Source: a virus (lineage: Duplodnaviria > Heunggongvirae > Uroviricota > Caudoviricetes). Taken from it: a DNA stretch of 7,024 nt. Positions 1-5,066 of this stretch are shown here, piece after piece. The translations under genes were made by a program, and so were the position numbers. The notes under the pieces are model-generated. The model was not told the DNA's origin. It searched no databases and was given only the letters and a program-made list of their open reading frames with translations. The stretch's first letter is position 1. Each line of letters opens with the position of its first letter. The stretch lies in IMG/VR virus record IMGVR_UViG_2547132272_000021, positions 1 to 7,024 of that record; one strand, 5' to 3'.

Positions 1-87
1 CCATACCCACGGATTACGGGTGCTGGTCACTGCCCCTTCCAGCTTAAGCTCTCCGCTGAAATCCTCTCCCGGCGTGTTCCAGTGTGA
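1..87 (+). CDS. Possible 3' end of an unidentified upstream gene (partial, enters from left edge)
   Basis: Frame 1 is open from the window edge to TGA at 85-87 and the stretch is visibly GC-richer than the following AT-rich intergenic DNA. The opposite strand is also open here but has no in-frame ATG/GTG/TTG before its stop at 181-183, so + is favoured. No product recognisable from about 28 codons. Confidence 0.25.
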   Translation, partial: PYPRITGAGHCPFQLKLSAEILSRRVPV

Positions 88-475
88 TGGTTCATGATAA
101 ATACGAAAAGAATAATCCGGGATTAGGTTAGTAAAGACGGGAATAGATTGGAGTGAAAAATCTTTTGTATCAGCAGTTTGTTAGCGCAAAGATATGTGTT
201 GGTAAAGTTATCCCTTCATTTCTGTGAAACACGAAAAAATGAAAGGATTACGTGATTGTTTCACTAAAGAGGCGAAAAGATGGTTGATTGTATAAAGTCT
301 TCAAATATGTTCAAAACCGCTTCAATACTGCATTTGAAGCTGGTTTAAGGTGGGGCATAGGTGTCTGATAACAGAATTTACTATAAACTTTGTTGATGCA
401 TCATGAATTTAAATGTTTTTATTTAAAATCAATGCGTTAGTGAATATTACATGATACATAGGTGTAAAGTAGCGC

Positions 476-493
476 ATTGCATATCTATGCAAT
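476..493. promoter_or_regulatory. Perfect 8-2-8 palindrome ATTGCATA-tc-TATGCAAT, candidate operator for a dimeric regulator
   Basis: Read directly: ATTGCATA (476-483) and TATGCAAT (486-493) are exact reverse complements; it lies about 25 bp upstream of a candidate -35 hexamer. Confidence 0.4.
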
Positions 494-517
494 ATGTGTC
501 GGATGTGCATAAACACT

Positions 518-550
518 TGCCAACCAATTTTATTGTTGATAACTTATAAA
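518..550 (+). promoter_or_regulatory. Candidate sigma70-type promoter (TTGCCA, about 17 bp spacer, TAACTT/TATAAA) pointing rightward
   Basis: Hexamers read by eye at 518-523 and 541-550 with roughly canonical spacing, just upstream of a hairpin and an intrinsic terminator. Not computed with a promoter model. Confidence 0.25.
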
Positions 551-633
551 AGCACTCGATAAAGTCGAGTGTCGGGCGTAGGAACCCGTGTAAGCACATG
601 GCGACACAAGACGCGCCAAGCGTCTTTTTTATT
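551..633 (+). ncRNA. Candidate short terminated transcript (small RNA or leader), about 80 nt
   Basis: 5' hairpin CACTCGA-taaag-TCGAGTG (553-571), a short stem CGGG/CCCG (about 573-588) and a terminator hairpin plus T-run at 608-633, all directly downstream of the candidate promoter. No ORF with an RBS inside. Confidence 0.3.
608..633 (+). terminator. Rho-independent terminator (AAGACGC-gccaa-GCGTCTT followed by TTTTTTATT)
   Basis: 7-bp GC-rich stem (608-614 / 620-626), 5-nt loop, T-run 625-630 then ATT. Confidence 0.55.
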
Positions 634-689
634 GTCGTAATATCAGCGCACCTGCATTCAGTGGCTTATGGTGCACCGTATCTATGGTG

Positions 690-800
690 GCGCTGGTGGG
701 GCAGTCGAAAGGCTGGCCGGTTTCCTTGTGCGCCGGTATTCCTACCCCCGCCAGCGTCACCGCCCCTTATGAGTGTAGGAACTCAGGCGGTGACTCCTTA
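690..800 (+). ncRNA. GC-rich structured leader upstream of the icd-like gene; candidate C4/CI-type antisense RNA or cis-regulatory structure
   Basis: Long-range pairing GCGCTGGTGGGG (about 691-702) with CCCCGCCAGCG (about 746-757, one G-U), plus hairpin GTCACCGCC (757-765) / GGCGGTGAC (785-793). The six-frame ORFs here (598-801, 684-896) lack RBSs. In phage P1 an icd gene follows the c4 antisense RNA in the immI operon. Confidence 0.3.
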
Positions 801-823
801 AATTTGCACGAGGAGGCTGCCAA

Positions 824-1021
824 ATGGCTACGACCCCAACCACTTTACGCTCTGAATTTACCTTTCATTTTCTGGCTGTTCGCCGTTCCGATCTGAACGA
901 CCGCCCACACCGCGAATCTATTAACGCACCTGATGAAGCAACTGCCCGTCGTATGCTGGCACGTGATTTTGTGTTGGTGTTTGCTGCCTGCATCCCTGCT
1001 AAAGGGGGTAAACATGAATAA
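824..1021 (+). CDS. Small protein (65 aa), probably host cell division inhibitor Icd-like family
   Basis: Strong SD GAGGAGG at 812-818, 5 nt before ATG 824. The sequence (FLAVRRSDL ... ARDFVLVFAA) matches my recollection of Icd-like proteins found in P4-like and P1-like elements; not verified by search. Its stop overlaps the start of the next gene (ATGAATAA). Confidence 0.55.
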   Translation: MATTPTTLRSEFTFHFLAVRRSDLNDRPHRESINAPDEATARRMLARDFVLVFAACIPAKGGKHE

Positions 1022-1418
1022 TGTTGTCAAGTTTCCGGTGCGGAATAATAAAAAAGTTGCGAAATCGAGAGAAGATATTGCTGTAAATCTGTTTAAAGAT
1101 ATTGTTGCTGCTTTATCAAAACAGGCGCGTGACTATATTAATGATGGCGTTACCGGGATCAATGGATGCCTAGATGGTAATGGCGGATATGAAACCTTTC
1201 TATCCTCTTTGTTGCTTTATATTCGTGGCATTGACTCAAAAATTGGCCTGTTTAGTATGTCTCTTGATTCAATACATCCAATACTACATGATGCATGCAA
1301 TGACTTAACGAAAGTTATTTCCCTGACGGAGCGTTTTATTGAAAGTAGAGGCGTAATCGCAGAGGCGGCAAATGGAAAACTTACAGAAGAACAAACGCGG
1401 CAGACTTTCAAAAATTGA
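1014..1418 (+). CDS. Hypothetical protein (134 aa), function unknown
   Basis: ATG 1014 preceded by strong SD AAAGGGGG (1000-1008); overlaps the icd-like stop and is overlapped at its 3' end by the next gene, implying translational coupling. AT-rich codon usage. The six-frame ORF beginning at 933 is out of frame with icd and has no RBS, so 1014 is preferred. Confidence 0.6.
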   Translation: MNNVVKFPVRNNKKVAKSREDIAVNLFKDIVAALSKQARDYINDGVTGINGCLDGNGGYETFLSSLLLYIRGIDSKIGLFSMSLDSIHPILHDACNDLTKVISLTERFIESRGVIAEAANGKLTEEQTRQTFKN

Positions 1419-1734
1419 ATTGCTGCCTGAAAAGATAAAAAGGAAGCTTGATAAAATGCTTATCTCACGTAAGTATTCTCAGGCTGAAATTCTAAATATC
1501 ATAGATCAGGATATAGTAATAGCAGGGTGTTCAGAACTGGTCATATCCAAAACCGGATTGAACAGATATGCGATTAGTTTAATCAATGCTGTTTCGGTAG
1601 CCAAGAAGCATGGAGAAGTGTCTCGCCGTTATAAGCATGCCGAACTACACAGGAGACTTGATAAACTTGAATCAAAGATAGACAGATTAGGGACCAGACT
1701 TGAACGAGTGTTAGAGCTTCTCGAAAAACATTAA
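1372..1734 (+). CDS. Mu gp27-like DNA-binding protein (DUF3486 family; putative small terminase-like or packaging/regulatory protein), 120 aa
   Basis: SD AGAGG at 1361-1365, 6 nt before ATG 1372. N-terminal motif RGRLSKIELLPEKIKRKL ... SQAEILNII ... SKTGLNRYAISL matches the pattern I recall for Mu gp27/DUF3486 proteins (GRKS.ID.LP.EIR ... S.S.L.RY), followed by a coiled-coil-like C-terminus. Ends immediately before an intrinsic terminator. Confidence 0.7.
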   Translation: MENLQKNKRGRLSKIELLPEKIKRKLDKMLISRKYSQAEILNIIDQDIVIAGCSELVISKTGLNRYAISLINAVSVAKKHGEVSRRYKHAELHRRLDKLESKIDRLGTRLERVLELLEKH

Positions 1735-1742
1735 CTATCCCA

Positions 1743-1768
1743 AAGCCGCCCCGTGCGGCTTTTTTATT
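1743..1768 (+). terminator. Rho-independent terminator (AAGCCGC-cccgt-GCGGCTT followed by TTTTTTATTGT)
   Basis: 7-bp GC-rich stem (1743-1749 / 1755-1761), 5-nt loop, T-run 1760-1765, about 10 nt after the stop of the gp27-like gene. Confidence 0.7.
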
Positions 1769-1938
1769 GTTTGGCACTCGCTGTACATATCAGCGCATAT
1801 TTCATGGAAAACGGTAAATCTATCTTCCCTAAAAATCCCGAGTAATCTCACAGCATCCAGAGCAAACGGAGATGGTTCTTTTTTGAAAAAATTATGTTTT
1901 ATCACAATCGGGGATAAACTTATTTTTGATTCCCATAT

Positions 1939-1973
1939 CCGCAATAATCGTTATCGTAACATTGCGGATAACG
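1939..1973. promoter_or_regulatory. Overlapping dyad symmetries (CCGCAAT/ATTGCGG and CGTTATC/GATAACG), candidate operator upstream of the 2055 operon
   Basis: CCGCAAT (1939-1945) with ATTGCGG (1961-1967) and CGTTATC (1949-1955) with GATAACG (1967-1973) are exact reverse-complement pairs in the intergenic region preceding the next gene. Confidence 0.35.
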
Positions 1974-2054
1974 TTAAGTTTGCTGCAAGCATTGGCTATC
2001 GCGCATCGCGCTCAAATGTACACAGGTATATGCAAAAGCTTAAGCGAGAAGATT

Positions 2055-2783
2055 ATGGCTAAACAAACCTTTAAAAATCTCATGTTAACGCCGCCACACA
2101 ATGATATTACAGCGATAAATAAATTCATTGTTTCTTCATGCTTTTCTCGTGATATCTGTGATGTTATGTCTTATATCGGTAAAATGGGATATGCATGTAA
2201 TTATAATGAAGTCAGTGAGCATGTGAAATTGATTGAAAAACAATTCCACGCAGTAAAACATGAACAGAGAGGCGAGTGTGAAATTGATGTTTTTTGTAAT
2301 GTCGCAGGCACCGCTCTCTTTAATGAATTTATATCTGTTTGCGGGAAACAGACGTTCTATCTTGATGCAATGAAATTTGAACCGGATTTTTTTAGTGGTG
2401 GCCCGGTTAAGCATATCCGCAAAACTGCTATTATCGCTTTATTGAGAAATGAAACAAAGATTCTTCCAGAAAGTGTGACCATGATTATGGGCGCTATTGA
2501 GGCGGCATTAAAAAAAATTGGAGTAGACCCACAAGAAGAAGTAAACAGCACGACAAAAATATTCATTGCAACAAAGGCATTTCTGGAAGTTGTAGGTGGA
2601 ATTCAGTTTTATTTACCTAAGGCCGACTCACTTAGTAGAATAATGAAAAAAGCAAATATATATGCAGATAGTTATGTTATGTCTCCTGCTGAACTAGCTA
2701 TTAAATATGGGGAGTCTGGTAAATCGATATACACAACAATAAAACATGTAGGAGCGGTTATTGGTAATCATGAGCAAAGTTAA
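2055..2783 (+). CDS. Hypothetical protein (about 243 aa from ATG 2055; alternative starts at 2016 or TTG 1926), function unknown
   Basis: Long open frame with AT-rich codon usage; ATG 2055 has a weak SD-like GAGAAG 4 nt upstream, whereas 2016 and 1926 lack one. Cys-containing N-terminal half; no catalytic motif recognised. 3' end overlaps the next gene by 14 nt. Confidence 0.6.
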   Translation: MAKQTFKNLMLTPPHNDITAINKFIVSSCFSRDICDVMSYIGKMGYACNYNEVSEHVKLIEKQFHAVKHEQRGECEIDVFCNVAGTALFNEFISVCGKQTFYLDAMKFEPDFFSGGPVKHIRKTAIIALLRNETKILPESVTMIMGAIEAALKKIGVDPQEEVNSTTKIFIATKAFLEVVGGIQFYLPKADSLSRIMKKANIYADSYVMSPAELAIKYGESGKSIYTTIKHVGAVIGNHEQS

Positions 2784-3192
2784 CATAAATAATGCACACA
2801 TATTACAAACAGGTCTGAGCCTCGGTATTGATGTAATGAGAAGTAATCTTCCTGAAGAGTTAAAACTTGTAGAACGTGCAGTTATTGAATCATGTAATGA
2901 TATTGGCTTAAATCCAGAGCATGAAATTAATGGTTTATCATTTATTGGTCGGGTCATATTAAAAATAATGGAACTACAAACCGGATGTAGTTTCATACCT
3001 GAGTATGCGATTGATTCATCCAGAATTATTTTTATTTCTAAAGTTGCTGCATATGCAGAAAAATTTGGAGCAGATAAAGCAGCCAAAGCCTACTCCATTA
3101 CAGTAGATCAGGTTACGGAAATGATGAATGAAGCAAGTATGTTTGTTTCCCAATTTGATGATTTTGGTATAGACAAGGAGAAAAGCCACTGA
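2770..3192 (+). CDS. Hypothetical protein (141 aa), function unknown; translationally coupled to the upstream gene
   Basis: ATG 2770 lies inside the end of the previous ORF (14-nt overlap); continuous open frame with the same AT-rich composition; no recognisable domain. Confidence 0.6.
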   Translation: MSKVNINNAHILQTGLSLGIDVMRSNLPEELKLVERAVIESCNDIGLNPEHEINGLSFIGRVILKIMELQTGCSFIPEYAIDSSRIIFISKVAAYAEKFGADKAAKAYSITVDQVTEMMNEASMFVSQFDDFGIDKEKSH

Positions 3193-3246
3193 AACACGCT
3201 GTGATGTTGTTTTGTCTTATCGGCGGTGTTCTGGGTGCCCTGCACC

Positions 3247-3290
3247 TTTTTGAAGGTGCTACGGTGTTTTTGAAGGGGTTTTGAAGGGGG
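3247..3290 (+). repeat. Three direct copies of TTTTTGAAGG(GG) immediately upstream of the head-gene operon; candidate activator-binding or late-promoter element
   Basis: Copies at 3247-3256, 3267-3278 and 3279-3290; the last G-run may double as the SD for ATG 3301. A related TTTTTTGAAAAAA occurs at about 1880-1893 upstream of the 2055 operon. Confidence 0.4.
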
Positions 3291-3300
3291 TTTTGCATCC

Positions 3301-4140
3301 ATGACAGAGGAACTAATGAATATAATCGCTTTATGCACTGATTTATCGGGTGATAAGACTCCTCCGGAATGGGTTGAGTTACTGCCAGCAGGACCGGAAA
3401 TTGAAGGGCGTGACGGAAGGAGCTGGACACTTAAAGATCCACAAAGCATTAAACAGGCGTTTTCGTGTCGCGGAATGTCACTTGTGGTCGATTATGAACA
3501 CTCTACAGAAGTGATTGCACCAAAAGGTGGCGAGGCTCCTGCCGCCGGATGGATTAATGACGTTGCTGTCCGTAATGATGGTTCTGTATGGGGAAGAGTT
3601 GAATGGACTCCACGGGCAATGAATTCCATTACATCCCGTGAATACCGATACCTTTCACCAGCGTTCCGTCATTCTCAGGATGGTGAAATACTGGAACTCG
3701 TTAGCGTGGCGTTAACGAATAAACCAAATCTGAAACTTACTGCGCTGAATACTCAGCAGACACTTAGCAAAATCGCACTGGCACTTAATATGGAGGAAGT
3801 TAATTCACTTGAAGAAGTGCTGACAGCGTTAAATAAAAGACAAGCTGAACAACATAGTCAGATTGTAAATGAATATATCGAAAAAGCTGTTTTCTGTCCG
3901 GCCCAGCGGAATATTCTTCTGTCCATGTGTTCAAGTGTTGGAGAAAATGCATTCAGGAAGTTTGCTGATATGCAGGAAAAATCGACGAGTAATTTTTTAC
4001 ACTTTGCTAGGCCTGTAAGTGTAAAAGGTAAAGAACCCCCGAGAACGCTTACTGAATCGCAACTGGCTGTTTGCCGCATTACAGGTGTAAGCGAAGAAGA
4101 CTATTTGATAGCTTTAGGAAAAGAAAATGAAAGATATTAA
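3301..4140 (+). CDS. Mu I-like head maturation protease / scaffold protein (279 aa)
   Basis: Sits immediately upstream of, and overlaps by 14 nt, a clear Mu gpT-like major head gene, which is the Mu I-T arrangement. Motifs VEWTPRA, YRYLSPAF and ALTNKPNL fit my recollection of the Mu-like prophage I protein family; the C-terminal third is helical and charged, as expected for a scaffold. An alternative start at ATG 3316 (SD GAGG 3307-3310) is possible. Confidence 0.72.
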   Translation: MTEELMNIIALCTDLSGDKTPPEWVELLPAGPEIEGRDGRSWTLKDPQSIKQAFSCRGMSLVVDYEHSTEVIAPKGGEAPAAGWINDVAVRNDGSVWGRVEWTPRAMNSITSREYRYLSPAFRHSQDGEILELVSVALTNKPNLKLTALNTQQTLSKIALALNMEEVNSLEEVLTALNKRQAEQHSQIVNEYIEKAVFCPAQRNILLSMCSSVGENAFRKFADMQEKSTSNFLHFARPVSVKGKEPPRTLTESQLAVCRITGVSEEDYLIALGKENERY

Positions 4141-5023
4141 TTGTGTAATTGCTGATGCTACTATCGCTTTTAACGCCAAGTTTGAATCAGGAAAAAAAGC
4201 CTACAATCCTGTACATCCAACGATTGCTTCAGAAGTAACGTCTTCATCGGCAGTTAGTGCTTATGGCTTCCTCGAAGATTTCCCGGAAATCAAAGAGTGG
4301 TTAAACGACCGACAGTTAAAATCACTGTCAACCCGTGATTATTTTCTGAAAAATAAAACGTTTGAAAGCAGCATTCAAATTAAACGTGAGGATTTTGAAG
4401 ATAATGATTATGGTAAGTATTCAATGGTTTTTGAACAGTACGGGCGCAAAGCGGCTGCATTCCCTGATAAGTTACTGTTTGAAGCTATGAAGAAAGGGCA
4501 CTTATCAGAAGGAATTGATGGGCATAACTTCTTTGCTACTGACCATCCTAATGGTGAAGGCGTTTATTCAAACCTCTATGGAAGCAATCCAGCAAAAAAT
4601 GCAGATGCAACGCCGTTATGGTACTTATTTGATGGTAGTCAGGGATTGAAACCTTTTATTTATCAGGTTCGTCGTCCAATGGCTGTAACTTCTGTTACTG
4701 ATTCCGGCGCTACCGATGTGTTTCTGAATAATCGTTTTCTGTTTGGTGTTGATGGGCGTCTTAATGTTGGATATGCAATGTGGCAATGCGCAGCGGCATC
4801 ATGGGATACGCTGAATGAAACCACATTTAATGAAGTGTACGACGGGATGTTATCCGTTAAGGGAAGTAGCGGTGAACCATTGGGAATCGTGCCTACTGTT
4901 ATTGTAGTCCCCGTATCGTTAAGAGCCGCAGCGGAAAAATTGCTGTTACGTCAGTATCTGGATAACGGGGAAGACAATCCAAATTATAAACGCGTGGAAA
5001 TTATTGTTTCACCATTTATTTGA
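4127..5023 (+). CDS. Major head (capsid) subunit, Mu gpT-like family (298 aa)
   Basis: SD AGGAA at 4116-4120 before ATG 4127. Multiple motifs match the Mu T protein as I recall it: NKTFE, EDFEDN, GRKAAAFPD.LLFEA, GHNFFATDHP, WYLFDGSQGLKPFIYQ.R, NVGYAMWQCAA, VVPVSLRAAA, NGEDNPNY. Length also matches. Confidence 0.85.
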   Translation: MKDINCVIADATIAFNAKFESGKKAYNPVHPTIASEVTSSSAVSAYGFLEDFPEIKEWLNDRQLKSLSTRDYFLKNKTFESSIQIKREDFEDNDYGKYSMVFEQYGRKAAAFPDKLLFEAMKKGHLSEGIDGHNFFATDHPNGEGVYSNLYGSNPAKNADATPLWYLFDGSQGLKPFIYQVRRPMAVTSVTDSGATDVFLNNRFLFGVDGRLNVGYAMWQCAAASWDTLNETTFNEVYDGMLSVKGSSGEPLGIVPTVIVVPVSLRAAAEKLLLRQYLDNGEDNPNYKRVEIIVSPFI

Positions 5024-5029
5024 TAATTC

Positions 5030-5054
5030 GGAGGGGATTTCCCCTCCTGTTTTT
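5030..5054 (+). terminator. GC-rich hairpin plus short T-run just after the capsid gene stop; possible partial terminator/attenuator
   Basis: GGAGGGG (5030-5036) - attt - CCCCTCC (5041-5047) followed by TGTTTTTAT. The T-run is short (5 T) and overlaps the first candidate ATG of the next gene. Confidence 0.4.
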
Positions 5055-5066
5055 ATGGGGAATATA

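Noticed and set aside
1-180. Minus-strand reading frame open across 1-180
   Set aside because: No in-frame ATG/GTG/TTG between the upstream stop (181-183 on the minus reading) and the window edge, so it cannot start here; the + strand 3' gene end is the simpler explanation, though neither is certain.
240-348. Tiny ORFs in the AT-rich control region (18 and 22 codons)
   Set aside because: Too short and unconserved in appearance to call; only one has a weak SD-like sequence; noted only as possibilities.
598-896. Six-frame ORFs 598-801 (67 aa) and 684-896 (70 aa) on the + strand
   Set aside because: No ribosome-binding sites; they overlap each other and the icd-like gene in different frames; the sequence is GC-rich with strong stem-loops, so an RNA structure or leader is more plausible than proteins.
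845-1030. Minus-strand ORF (61 aa) antisense to the icd-like gene
   Set aside because: Fully embedded antisense to a gene with a strong RBS; no independent start signals; a typical shadow ORF.
933-1418. Extended version of the 1014-1418 gene starting at ATG 933
   Set aside because: ATG 933 lies inside the icd-like gene in another frame with no RBS, whereas ATG 1014 has a strong AAAGGGGG SD and forms a coupled stop-start overlap.
1217-1777. Minus-strand ORFs 1217-1411 and 1583-1777
   Set aside because: Antisense to the coupled + strand genes; the second runs through the intrinsic terminator hairpin; no RBS.
1735-1944. Minus-strand ORF (69 aa) in the intergenic region between the gp27-like gene and the 2055 gene; considered as a divergent small regulator
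   Set aside because: It would start at a TTG without an SD and its 3' end is encoded by the terminator hairpin of the + strand; more likely a chance open frame in AT-rich DNA.
2136-3086. Minus-strand ORFs 2136-2414, 2357-2566 and 2694-3086
   Set aside because: All lie antisense inside the two AT-rich + strand genes, where stop codons are depleted on the opposite strand by composition; no start signals.
3108-3449. Minus-strand ORFs 3108-3449 and 3113-3430 spanning the head-operon leader
   Set aside because: They overlap the start of the protease gene and the repeat region and each other in different frames; no RBS; the + strand protease gene has far better support.
3858-4079. Minus-strand ORF (73 aa) inside the protease/scaffold gene
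   Set aside because: Antisense shadow ORF within a well-supported gene.
5004-5066. TTG start at 5004 for the tape-measure-like gene as listed in the ORF track
   Set aside because: It overlaps the capsid gene's 3' end and the hairpin and has no SD; in-frame ATGs at 5055 and 5067 are more plausible, and 5067 has a G-rich SD-like sequence 6 nt upstream.
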